A stretch of DNA of 64,000 nucleotides, taken from assembly GCA_963739365.1 (NCBI GenBank), contig CAVUAG010000009.1, forward strand, positions 28,715 to 92,714. Direction: 5' to 3'. Within the stretch, counting starts at the first letter, position 1. Every line of letters begins with the position of its first letter. This DNA comes from an uncultured Chloroflexia bacterium (GTDB lineage: Bacteria; Chloroflexota; Limnocylindria; Limnocylindrales; CSP1-4). The notes beneath the pieces were generated by a model, which made no database searches, had not been told where the DNA came from, and was given only the letters and a program-made list of their open reading frames with translations. Below are positions 21,476-30,937 of this stretch, one piece after another. The translations under genes were made by a program, and so were the position numbers.

Positions 21476-22309
21476 TCAGTGGACCGTGCGGGTGGCCGGA
21501 TGCTCCCCGGCGAGCGCCTGCGCCCAGGCGGTGGCATTGGCGGCCGTCACTTCCGGCTGGACCTCGCCGTCGAGGACCACGAGCGGGGCGGCGGCGCCGG
21601 ACGGGTGCGTCGGCAGCCAGGCGTAGCGGATCCGGCCGTCGGGCGTGGGCCGGCCAAGCTCCGTCCGGAGCCCGGCGCCGATCGCGTCCGCAAGCCGGCC
21701 GCCGCCGGCCATGAGGCAGGCCGGGCAGCGGCAGACGGCGACCTCCTTCACGGCCCGCTCGAGCCGGAGGTGGCGGTAGTAGCTGGCGGTGCCGTAGATC
21801 ATCGCGTACCAGGCGCCCGTCCGGTGGCTGATCCTCTTGAGCGCCGCGACCGGCAGGTGCCCGCACTCGGCCTGGACCGCCTCGAGGATCGAGAGCATCC
21901 GGTGAGGGTCGTGGTCGTGCGCCTCGAGGATCGCGTCGATCGCCGCCAGGTCCACGGGTTCGAAGTGCTCGTACAGCTCGTCCGGAACCTCGCGCCCGGC
22001 GCGCCGGAGCGCCGATTCGGTGCGCCGCTCGCCGTACGTCTCGGCTGCGCCCCAGTGGACCGCGTAGCGGCCCTTCGTGTCCCGGCCGCCCATGTCGATG
22101 CACTCGATCGGGCAGGCCTGGGCGCACTGGAAGCAGGTCTCGCACTTGAGCGTGCCGTGCTCGTCGTACAGGAGCTGGAGCCGCCCGCGGTACTTCACCG
22201 CGATGTCCGGATCCACCTCGGGGTACTTGATCGTGACTGGGGGCTGGAAGAAGCGGCGCATGGTGAGGGCCATCCCCTTCACCAGCCCGAGACCCGGGAT
22301 GTTGCTCAT
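21476..22309 (-). CDS. Fusion of the N-terminal half of NuoI to a degenerate NuoE-like thioredoxin-fold domain
   Basis: GLVKGMALTMRRFFQPPVTIKYPE..YRGRLQL..KCETCFQCAQACPIECI (NuoI N-half), then LSILEAVQAECGHLP..IYGTASYY..VCRCPAC..TPDG..AP.V.LDG (NuoE). Confidence 0.9.
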   Translation of the reverse strand: MSNIPGLGLVKGMALTMRRFFQPPVTIKYPEVDPDIAVKYRGRLQLLYDEHGTLKCETCFQCAQACPIECIDMGGRDTKGRYAVHWGAAETYGERRTESALRRAGREVPDELYEHFEPVDLAAIDAILEAHDHDPHRMLSILEAVQAECGHLPVAALKRISHRTGAWYAMIYGTASYYRHLRLERAVKEVAVCRCPACLMAGGGRLADAIGAGLRTELGRPTPDGRIRYAWLPTHPSGAAAPLVVLDGEVQPEVTAANATAWAQALAGEHPATRTVH

Positions 22310-22319
22310 CGCCGCCCCC

Positions 22320-23664
22320 TCAACCGCTGGCCAGCATCGAGACCGCCATGGCGGTCGCGAAGATGTTGAGAAGGGCGGCCGGCAGGAGCCACTTCCAGGC
22401 GAAGCCCATGAGCTGGTCCACGCGGACCCGCGGGAACGTCGCCCGCATCTGGACGAAGACGATCACGAAGAGGTAGCTCTTGGCCATCATCCAGAAGAGC
22501 CCGGCGACCCAGTCGAGGCTGATGAACGCCCAGCCCAGGAGGGCGCCGACCGCCAGGACGTTGAAGAGGATGAAGCCGATGAGCGAGCGCCTGGAGGGTC
22601 GAGACGCGCGAGGAGCCCAGCCAGAAGGGCAGGGCCAGGAGGAGGGTTCCCAGCAACGGGACCAGGGCCACGTAGAAGAGGAGGCCCAGCCCCAGGCTCC
22701 CCGGGTCGAGGTTCAGCTCGATCGCGAACGGCCAGTCGAACGGGGCGTTCCAGCCGCCGAAGAAGAGGACGGCGATCATCGCCGACATCACGAACACGTT
22801 GACGTACTCGGCGAAGAAGAAGAAGCCGAAGCGCATCCCGGAATACTCGGTGGCGAAGCCGGCCACGATCTCCTGGTCGGCCTCGGTCATGTCGAGCGGG
22901 GTCCGGTTCGTCTCGGCGATGCCGGCGATGAAGAAGATGAGCAGGCCCAGCGGCTGCTTGAAGACGTTCCAGTCCAGGAGCGAGCCGGCCTGCTGCTCCA
23001 CGATGGAGCTCAGGCTCATCGTGCCGGCCAGGATGATGACGCCCACCACCGAGAGGGTGAGCGGGATCTCGTAGCTGATCGCCTGGGCCGCCGCGCGCAG
23101 CGCCCCCAGGAGGCTGTACTTGTTGAAGCTGGCCCAGCCGGCCATCATCAGGCCGACCACGTTGAGGCCGCCGATCGCGAAGAAGTAGAGCAGGGCGATG
23201 TTGAAGTCCTGCGCGACGAGGCCGGGCGCGAACGGGATCACGAGGAGGCTCATGATCGTCGCGAGGAAGACGGCGACCGGGGCGACCGTGAAGATCGGGA
23301 CGTCCACGCCGCGCGGGGTGTAGTCCTCCTTCGCGAGCACCTTCAGGCCATGGACCACGCTCATCGCCAGCCCGAAGGGCCCGACGCGGTCCGGCCCGAC
23401 CCGGAGGTTCATCCGGGCGATCACCTTGAGCTCGAGCAGGATGATCAGGAAGGCCGTCGGGATCGTCATCACGATCACGACCGTCGCGGCGATGAGGAAG
23501 CGGACGAGGTCGGTGTTCGCCGCCAGGAAGTCGACGAGCGGGGGCACGAGCAGGGCGATCGCGACCGTCGCCACCGCCCCCAGCAGGAGGAGCGTCGGCA
23601 GGGCGACCAGCACGACCCTCGAGGGCACGGAGAGGCGGTTCCAGTAGGACGTCACGGCGGTCAT
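22320..23664 (-). CDS. nuoH: NADH-quinone oxidoreductase subunit H (frameshift near 22585)
   Basis: RVGPDRVGPFG, KYSLLGALRAAAQAISYE, AETNRTPLD..EA..E..GFATEYSG, FFAEY; C-terminal FPRVRVDQLM..WK is in a shifted frame. Confidence 0.95.
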
Positions 23665-23677
23665 CGACGGACGGCCT

Positions 23678-24892
23678 TCACTTGTCCACGCCGCCCATGA
23701 CCGGGTCGAGCGAGGCCATGATCGCCATCGTGTCCGGGATGAGATTGCCCGGCATGAGCAGGGTCATCAGCTGGAGGTGGAGGAAGCTGGGGTCGTGGAT
23801 CCGCATCCTGAAGGGCTGGTCCGTGCCGTCGCTGATCACGTAGGTGGAGTACTGCCCGCGCGGCGCCTCCACCGCGGCAAAGGCGCGCCCGGGACGCGGC
23901 CGCAGGAGCCGCGGCAGCCGCGCCGAGACGGGCCCGTCGGGCATCTGGTGGAGGCACTGGTCGATGATCCGCAGGCTCTGGCGCACCTCGTCCATCCGGA
24001 GCAGGTAGCGGGCCAGCGAATCGCCCTCGCTCCGCGTCGGGATGTCGAAGTCCAGCTCCGGGTAGACGCTGTACGGGTGAGCCCGCCGAAGGTCGAAGGG
24101 GACGCCCGACGCCCGCAGGTTCGGGCCGCTCACGCACATCCGGAGGGCCGTCTCGCGGTCGATCACGCCCATGCCCCGGGCGCGCCGGACGAAGATCTCG
24201 TTCTGGTTGAGGAGGCCCATGCCGGCTTCGATCTGCCCGCCGGCGCGGCTCATCCAGTCGCCCAGGCGGCTCATGAACTCGTGGTTCAGGTCGCCGTTCA
24301 CGCCGCCGATCCGGAAGTAGTTGAAGAGGAGCTTCTGGCCGGTCAGGGCGGCCAGCATCTCCATGATCTCGTCGCGCTCGGCAAAGCTCCACAGGATCGG
24401 GGTGATCCCGCCCAGGTCCAGGGCGAACCAGCCCATGTAGAGCATGTGGCTCGCCACCCGGTTGAGCTCGGCCGAGAGGACCCGGATGTACTCGGCGCGC
24501 CGCGGCACCTCGAGGTCCAGGAGCTTCTCGAACGAGAGCACCGCCCCCCACTCGTTGAAGAGCGAGCTGATGTACTCGAGGGGGTCCACCTGGCTGATGA
24601 CCTGGTGGTAGTCGGCGTTCTCGCAGAGCTTCTCGACGCCGCGATGGAGATAGCCCAGCACGGGGTCCAGGTCGGTGACCTGCTCGCCGTTGATCTTGAG
24701 GATCACCCGCAGCACGCCGTGGGTGGACGGATGCTGCGGCCCCATGTTGATGAGCATCTCGCCGTCCCTGAGGGCGAGGAACTCCCGCTGGCGCTCGGTC
24801 CGGGCGAGCGGGATCGGGTCGAAGATGCCGGCGTGGTCGATCGGGATCGTGAGCGCCGGGTCGTCGAGGCTGGGCCGCGTCGGCGTCGTCAT
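23678..24892 (-). CDS. nuoD: NADH-quinone oxidoreductase subunit D
   Basis: INMGPQHPSTHGVLR, GYLHRGVEK, ELNRVASH, RIGGV, EAPRG, SLDPVMGGVDK; no NiFe CxxC motifs. Confidence 0.96.
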   Translation of the reverse strand: MTTPTRPSLDDPALTIPIDHAGIFDPIPLARTERQREFLALRDGEMLINMGPQHPSTHGVLRVILKINGEQVTDLDPVLGYLHRGVEKLCENADYHQVISQVDPLEYISSLFNEWGAVLSFEKLLDLEVPRRAEYIRVLSAELNRVASHMLYMGWFALDLGGITPILWSFAERDEIMEMLAALTGQKLLFNYFRIGGVNGDLNHEFMSRLGDWMSRAGGQIEAGMGLLNQNEIFVRRARGMGVIDRETALRMCVSGPNLRASGVPFDLRRAHPYSVYPELDFDIPTRSEGDSLARYLLRMDEVRQSLRIIDQCLHQMPDGPVSARLPRLLRPRPGRAFAAVEAPRGQYSTYVISDGTDQPFRMRIHDPSFLHLQLMTLLMPGNLIPDTMAIMASLDPVMGGVDK

Positions 24893-24896
24893 GTCG

Positions 24897-25454
24897 CTAC
24901 GCCCGCGCCCCGGGCGTCGTGCGGCGCAGGGTGGTCTCGTCGGCATCCGTCGGAGCGACCGCCCGCTCCATCGGCCGGATCCCACCGCCCGGCGAGCGCG
25001 CGGCATCGTCGGCCAGGTGGAAGTCCTTGCGCAGCGGGAAGCTGACGAACTCATCCGGGAGGTAGATCCGGCGCAGGTCGCGGTTCCCCTCGAAGACGAG
25101 GCCGAACATGTCGTAGGCCTCGCGCTCCATCCATTCGGCGCCCTTCCAGAGGAAGGTCAGGGACGGGACGCGCGGCTCCTCGCGGGGGATCCCGTCCACC
25201 ACGACCCGCAGCCAGTCGGGGGTCACGTCGCTCCACAGGTGGTAGACCACCTGGAACGTGGTCCCGGTGTCGACGCCGCACAGGTCGGCGAGGTACTCGA
25301 AGCGCAGGTCCGGCTCGTCGTGCAGGGTCCGCATGACCTGGGGCAGGTCGCCCGGCCGGATCCGGATCTCGGTCTGGTCCTGGCGCTGGCGGACGGGGCC
25401 CTCCATCCAGGATCCCAGCTTCCGCTCCAGGAGCGCCTTGAGCGCACGGTCCAC
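24897..25454 (-). CDS. nuoC: NADH-quinone oxidoreductase subunit C
   Basis: FEYLADLCGVD, VPSL..LW.GAEWMEREAYDMFG, LRRIYLP, FPLRKDF. Confidence 0.95.
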   Translation of the reverse strand: MDRALKALLERKLGSWMEGPVRQRQDQTEIRIRPGDLPQVMRTLHDEPDLRFEYLADLCGVDTGTTFQVVYHLWSDVTPDWLRVVVDGIPREEPRVPSLTFLWKGAEWMEREAYDMFGLVFEGNRDLRRIYLPDEFVSFPLRKDFHLADDAARSPGGGIRPMERAVAPTDADETTLRRTTPGARA

Positions 25455-25456
25455 GG

Positions 25457-26209
25457 TCAGATCCCCTCCGGAACCGTGGGGCCGATGTTGCGCTCGGGCC
25501 AGTGTCCGCGGCGGTCGCGGACGAGGTGCTGGAGCTTCATCATCCCGTAGATGAGGCCCTCGGGGCGGGGCGGGCAGCCCGGGATGTAGACGTCCACGGG
25601 GAGGACCCGGTCGATCCCCTGGATCGTGCTGTAGCTCCGCTTGTAGCGGCCCCCGGAGCAGGTGCAGTCGCCCATCGCGACCACCCACTTCGGCTCCGGC
25701 ATCTCCTCCCAGAGCCGGATGAGCGGCTCGGCCATCTTCGTCGTCAGGGTGCCGGCCACGATCAGCACGTCGGCCTGGCGGGGCGAGGCCCGGAACGGGA
25801 ACATGCCCCAGCGATCGATGTCGTTGCGGCTCGTCGCGGTCGACATCATCTCGATCGCACAGCAGGCCAGCCCGGAGAGGAGCGGCCAGAGGCTGTTGAG
25901 ACGGATCAGGTCCAGGACGTAGTCGGCCTTCGTCGGCACCACGTCGAGGGCGCCCCAGCGGCCGTCGTTCCGGCGCCCCTCGCCGGTCTCGTCGTAGCGC
26001 TTGAGGGCGAGCGTCGGCGCCTCGTCGAGAGGAACGCCGCTGTAGGCTTCGGGGTCGGCCGGCGTCCAGAGCGCGTTCGGGATGACGACCGGCTCGGCGA
26101 CCGCGTCCGCCGCAGTCGTGGCCGGGATGGGAAGGCGGCTGCCGGGCGTGCCGGGCGGCGGGCCGCCGGCGGGCGGGGCGCTGTCGGCCGGCGGCGGGGT
26201 CAGCGCCAC
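25457..26209 (-). CDS. nuoB: NADH-quinone oxidoreductase subunit B
   Basis: [46 protein letters not shown] (N2 ligands intact). Confidence 0.96.
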   Translation of the reverse strand: MALTPPPADSAPPAGGPPPGTPGSRLPIPATTAADAVAEPVVIPNALWTPADPEAYSGVPLDEAPTLALKRYDETGEGRRNDGRWGALDVVPTKADYVLDLIRLNSLWPLLSGLACCAIEMMSTATSRNDIDRWGMFPFRASPRQADVLIVAGTLTTKMAEPLIRLWEEMPEPKWVVAMGDCTCSGGRYKRSYSTIQGIDRVLPVDVYIPGCPPRPEGLIYGMMKLQHLVRDRRGHWPERNIGPTVPEGI

Positions 26210-26556
26210 GTCAGCACCCCCTTGCGCCACGCGTAGGCCAGCCCCAGGAGCAGGATGCCGACGAAGATCATCATCGAGGCCATCAGGCCCGGGATCGGGT
26301 CGCGCACGACGAGGGCCCACAGGAAGATGAAGATGACCTCGATGTCGAAGGCCACGAAGAGCAGCGCGTAGATGTAGTACGAGACGCCGAACCGCCCGTG
26401 GGTGTCGCCGTACGTCGGGATGCCGCTCTCGTACGGGAGCCCCTTGAGCGGGCTCCCCTTCGTGCGGTGGCTGATCAGCCACGAGGCGCCGATCGTCAGG
26501 AAGACGAACGTGACGCCCGCGAAGGCGAAGCCGACGACGTACCAGATGCCTTCCAT
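26200..26556 (-). CDS. nuoA: NADH-quinone oxidoreductase subunit A
   Basis: [29 protein letters not shown]. Confidence 0.96.
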   Translation of the reverse strand: MEGIWYVVGFAFAGVTFVFLTIGASWLISHRTKGSPLKGLPYESGIPTYGDTHGRFGVSYYIYALLFVAFDIEVIFIFLWALVVRDPIPGLMASMMIFVGILLLGLAYAWRKGVLTWR

Positions 26557-26758
26557 CGCACCTCTCTGCGGCCGGCGGGTTCACGAATCCGTGGCGGGTC
26601 CGCCGGCCTGGCGGGAAGCTCGGGTGAGACGCGCGCACGACCGCGCACCGGGGCCCGGACGTGCGCCGGCATCGTAGCAGGGGCGGCCGGAAACTGCGCG
26701 CCAGCCCTCGCGGGCGGAGGGCGGCCGCAACCCGTGGCCCCGTCGATGCGCCGCCCCG

Positions 26759-27910
26759 CTATCGCCGCCCCGGCATCCGGTAGGCGAGCCCGCGCAGGGG
26801 CGGCTCGGCGGCGATCCCACGCCCGGCCAGCACGGCCCGAAACGCGCCGAGGTGGCGCGGATCGAGCAGCCGCATCACAGCGCTGCGCAGCTCGAGCGCC
26901 TCGGTCGCCGTGGCGAGCGCCGCCTGGCGCCGCTGGACCAGCCCCTCGAGCCCGCAGCCGACGAGCAGCTCCGCCTGGGAGGTCTCGCCCAGGAGATCGA
27001 GCCCGGCAGCCGCGAGCGCGGCGCCGAGGGCGGTCGTGTCCACGTGGGCGGTGATGTCGCGCTCGCCGATGTCGCGATATGGCGCCCCCGGGTCACTCTC
27101 GGCGACGTGGCCGCGATAGGTCATGAGCGTGCCCGCGGGGCGTCGCGGCCCGTACAGGTCGGTCGCCGGCGCCCCGTAGTCGAGCACGAGCACGAGACCG
27201 GCCGCGAGTCGCCGGCTCACCTCGTGCGCCCACGCCCCCACGGCCGGGCGGACCTCGAGCCGCTGGCCCTCGGCGAGCACGATTCCCGCCGCGCCGAGCG
27301 ACTCCAGTCGCGTGGCCACTGCGTCGTCGGACAGCTCGCCGAGGACGTCCTCGAAGGCTCCGTCGCAGCCGATCCCCACGTGGACCTCGCGCGGCCGCCC
27401 TTGGCGCACCTCGACGACATGGACCGGAAGCGCGTCGAGGAACTCGCTGGCGAGCACCACCCCCACGGCCGGCGCGTCGTCCAGCCCGGCCGGATCAACG
27501 ACGGTCAGGCCGGCCTTCGCGGCGCTGCCCTGAAGCTCGGCCAGTCGATGTCGGTTGACCTCGACCGGGGCGTACACGAGGGCATCCGCCAGGGGCGAGC
27601 CGTCGTCGCGGAGGCCGTCAAGGATCGTGACGGCGAGCGTGCCCGCCCCCGCGCCGTATTCGACGAGCGTGAACGGGACCGGCCGGCCCAGTCGCTCCCA
27701 GGTCTCGGCGACCTGTCGGGCGAGCGCCGCCCCGAAGACCGGGTGCAGCTCGGCAGCCGTCAGGAAGTCCCCGCCGCGGGTCGGCCGGGCTGCGGCGGCG
27801 GTGTAGTAGCCGCCCCCTGGATGACCGAGCGCGAGCGCCATGAAGGCGGCGAATGAGATCGGACCGCGGCGCGCGATCTCGGCCCGGATCGCCGTCTCCG
27901 CGGGGGTCAC
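26759..27910 (-). CDS. SAM-dependent methyltransferase, MidA/NDUFAF7 family
   Basis: GPISFAAFM..AL..GGYY..GDFLTA, LVEYGAGAGTLA, SEFLDALP, LDYG, GERDITAHVD. Confidence 0.9.
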   Translation of the reverse strand: MTPAETAIRAEIARRGPISFAAFMALALGHPGGGYYTAAAARPTRGGDFLTAAELHPVFGAALARQVAETWERLGRPVPFTLVEYGAGAGTLAVTILDGLRDDGSPLADALVYAPVEVNRHRLAELQGSAAKAGLTVVDPAGLDDAPAVGVVLASEFLDALPVHVVEVRQGRPREVHVGIGCDGAFEDVLGELSDDAVATRLESLGAAGIVLAEGQRLEVRPAVGAWAHEVSRRLAAGLVLVLDYGAPATDLYGPRRPAGTLMTYRGHVAESDPGAPYRDIGERDITAHVDTTALGAALAAAGLDLLGETSQAELLVGCGLEGLVQRRQAALATATEALELRSAVMRLLDPRHLGAFRAVLAGRGIAAEPPLRGLAYRMPGRR

Positions 27911-27946
27911 GGCGGGGGCCTCCTGGTCACGGTGCGGGCCCCCTCG

Positions 27947-29051
27947 TCACCGCGCCTGCTCCGCCAGGAGGCGCAGCCCGGGCCCGACGAGCGTGTGCCC
28001 ACCCAGGAGAACCGGGATGGGGGCATCCACGGCCGAGATCGTGAGCGCACGCAACCACGGGTCTCCGATCTGGTCCGCCAGCAGGAGGTCCGACGCGAAC
28101 CGGTCCTCCGGGGACGGCCAGTCGTTCTCGTCCGCCCCGAGCCGGTGGGCCAGGAGGACCCGCGTGTCAACGATGGCCGCGTCGCCGAGCCGGGCGAGGA
28201 GCCCGCCGAGCTCTTCGGGGCCGTGGCAGTCGAGGAGGAGGCCGAGCGTCGAGGCGGGCGGGCGGACGGGCCGCGGGGAAGCCGCCGACGCGAAGGCGGA
28301 CGCCGCCGGGGCGGGCACGGTCGACGAACCGTCCAGGGCCAGAGGCGACGCAGCCCGGAGCCCGCGCTCCTCGATCAGCGCCCGGACCCGGCATGCCGCG
28401 CGGCGCTCGAGCGCGACGATCGTGCCGGAAGACGATCGACCAGCAACGGTAAGCTCTGCCCGACGGTCGGCGAGCACGGACCGAATGCTCTCCAGCCGCG
28501 CGACGAAGGCCGACTCGCGGGCGGCCGCCGGCAGCGCGCCTCCAGCGAGCACGATGTCGGCGGGCGAGTCCAGGTCGAAGCCGAGACGGGGCCGCCGGCG
28601 GAGGTCGTCCACGCGGTAGCCGGCGACCTCCTCGAGCCAGCGCGGCAGGGCGTTGTCGGCCGGAAGGTCCGGCAGGTCGAGCAGAGCCGCCGCGCCCGCC
28701 ACCGCGACTGCGTCCGCCGAGTAGCGGTTGTTGGCCAGCGCGTTCGGCAGGTCGGAGGCGGCGGCGGCCACCAGCGCGCGGTAGTCGGCCGGGCGCGCGA
28801 GAGCGATGGCCCCGGACCCGAGGACCACGAGTCCCGGCGTGCCCGCGTCCGCGGCGAGGCGACGGAGGCGCGCCCCGAACGGCTCGGGGTGCTCCTCCTC
28901 CACGAGGGCGACGGACGCGGCACCGGCCGCGCCGGAACGCGGCGAGGTGGCGCGCCGCCAGCTCCCGCCGTGCGGCGTCGAGCGCGGCAACGAGCGCTCC
29001 CGCACCGGCGGGGAGCGGAGGATGAAGAACGAGGACCGTCACGGCACCCAC
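27947..29051 (-). CDS. Conserved hypothetical protein, possibly CofC/nucleotidyltransferase-like (frameshift near 5' end)
   Basis: Long ORF with FGARL, GSGAIAL, NNRYSAD, DNALP and FDLDSPAD (D-x-D-x-P-x-D as in CofC/GT-A-like folds). Confidence 0.5.
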
Positions 29052-29113
29052 GCGCGTATTCTCGGGGCATGGCGACACGAGAGCGCGGGAGATCGTCTCG
29101 TGCGCACGAGGCC

Positions 29114-29764
29114 GTGCCGATGCAGCCGTCGCGGCGGCCCGGCGCGCCCGCCGCGCCGGGTCCGGGCCTACGTCGGCCTCGGCGCCAACCTCGGCGACGC
29201 GGCGGCCACGCTGGCGGCGGGCATCCACGCCCTCGCGGCGCTGCCTGGAGTCCGGCTCTGTCGAGGTCTCGCGTCTCTACGCCACGAAGCCCGTCGGCGT
29301 CACGGACCAGCCGGAGTTCCGGAACGCGGTCGTGGCCCTTGACGTCCCGGCAGGCCCCGACCCGGAGACCGGCGCGCTGGCACTGCTGCTCGCGCTCAAG
29401 ATGGTCGAGCGCGCCTTCGGACGGCAGGCGCGAGAGCACTGGGGCCCTCGCGAGCTCGACCTCGACCTCATCGTCTTCGGCCGCCACGCGATCCGGGTCG
29501 AGCGCCCACCCGCCGCCCGCAGCGACGACCCGGCGAAGCCCGGCCGTCCAGTGGCTCCAGGTTCCTCACGCGAGCGCCCGGGAGCGCCTGTTCGTGCTCG
29601 CGCCACTGGCCGACCTCGCCCCCGGCCTCCGGCCACCCGGCTGGGGCGAGGCCGTGGCGACGTCCCGTGCCCGCGCCGAGCGCATCGAGGGCACGGACGC
29701 CGTTCGCCCGATCGCGCTCTGGAACGCGGTCGACGGGACCTGGCGCCCCTGGGCCGGGACCTGA
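29114..29764 (+). CDS. folK: 2-amino-4-hydroxy-6-hydroxymethyldihydropteridine diphosphokinase (frameshifted)
   Basis: AYVGLGANLGD, YATKPVG.TDQPEFRNAV, WGPRELDLDL, VPH..ARERLFVLAPL across frames. Confidence 0.9.
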   Translation: MPMQPSRRPGAPAAPGPGLRRPRRQPRRRGGHAGGGHPRPRGAAWSPALSRSRVSTPRSPSASRTSRSSGTRSWPLTSRQAPTRRPARWHCCSRSRWSSAPSDGRRESTGALASSTSTSSSSAATRSGSSAHPPPAATTRRSPAVQWLQVPHASARERLFVLAPLADLAPGLRPPGWGEAVATSRARAERIEGTDAVRPIALWNAVDGTWRPWAGT

Positions 29765-29897
29765 CCCCGGGGATGACCGGCGCGCGACGGCACCGGCGCC
29801 TACCGGCTGGCCCCGCGAGCCAGAACGGCGCGCGGGGTGCTCGATGCCGTCCGTCGACGCCCGCTGGCGCCGCGCACGCCTGCTGCGAGCGAACGCC

Positions 29898-30881
29898 CTA
29901 CATCCGAACGGCCGGGGGCCGGTCGCGGTCGAACATGTGGACCGTGTCGACGAAGCGGACCTGCTTCGTCTGGTACGCCATCACGAGCGAGTGCGTTCGA
30001 GCTCCCCCGCCGAAGAAGCGGACGCCCTCGAGGAGGTCGCCCTTCGTGACGCCCGTCGCGGCGAAGACGATGTTCTCGCCCGAGGCCAGCTCGTCCGTCT
30101 GGTAGACCCGGGTCGGATCGCCGTGGCCCATCCCCTCGGCGCGCTCGCGCTCGGCGTCGGAGCGGAAGACGAGGCGGGCCTGGATCTCGCCGCCAAGGCA
30201 GCGCAGGGCGGCCGCGGTGATCACGCCCTCGGGTGCCCCGCCGATCCCCATCACGGCATGGACACCGGTGCCGGAAACCGCGCACGCGATCGCCGCCGAG
30301 AGGTCCCCGTCGCTGATGAGCTTGATCCGAGCGCCGGCCTCGCGCACCTCCGCGATGAGCGCATCGTGCCGGGGTCGCTCCAGGATCACGACGGTGATGT
30401 CGTTGACGCCGCGGCGGAGCGCGGCCGCGATCCGCCGCAGGTTCTCGGCCGGCGGCGCCATGATGTCCACCTTGCCGGCGACGACGGGGCCGACGCAGAG
30501 CTTGTCCATGTAGCAGTCGGGGGCGTTCAGGAGCCCGCCCCGCTCGGTGGCCGCGAGGACCGTGATGGATCCGGCCTGGCCGCTGGCCACGAGGTTGGTG
30601 CCCTCGAGCGGGTCCACCGCGATGTCGATCTCGGGCGCCTCGCCGACGGCGCTCGCGGGATCACCGACGCGCTCGCCGATGAAGAGCATTGGGGCCTCGT
30701 CGCGCTCGCCCTCGCCGATGACGATCCGGGCGTCGATCGGGATCTCGTCGAAGGTGCGGCGCATCGCCTCGACGGCGAGCCGGTCGGCGTCCGTCTTGTC
30801 GCCGCGGCCCATCAGGCGAGCCGACGCGATCGCGGCAGCCTCGGTGACGCGGACCATCTCCAGTGCGAGCAGGCGTTCCAT
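29898..30881 (-). CDS. glpX: Fructose-1,6-bisphosphatase class II
   Basis: [65 protein letters not shown]. Confidence 0.97.
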   Translation of the reverse strand: MERLLALEMVRVTEAAAIASARLMGRGDKTDADRLAVEAMRRTFDEIPIDARIVIGEGERDEAPMLFIGERVGDPASAVGEAPEIDIAVDPLEGTNLVASGQAGSITVLAATERGGLLNAPDCYMDKLCVGPVVAGKVDIMAPPAENLRRIAAALRRGVNDITVVILERPRHDALIAEVREAGARIKLISDGDLSAAIACAVSGTGVHAVMGIGGAPEGVITAAALRCLGGEIQARLVFRSDAERERAEGMGHGDPTRVYQTDELASGENIVFAATGVTKGDLLEGVRFFGGGARTHSLVMAYQTKQVRFVDTVHMFDRDRPPAVRM

Positions 30882-30937
30882 CGGTCGATCCCTCTGCTGG
30901 ATGCCGGATCCGGCGCCGGTGAGGCCGGCACGCCGCG

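Noticed and set aside
17466-25454. Hydrogenase, formate dehydrogenase or glutamate synthase locus
   Set aside because: NuoD lacks NiFe-binding CxxC motifs; Z has no H-cluster or molybdopterin domain; no gltB is present.
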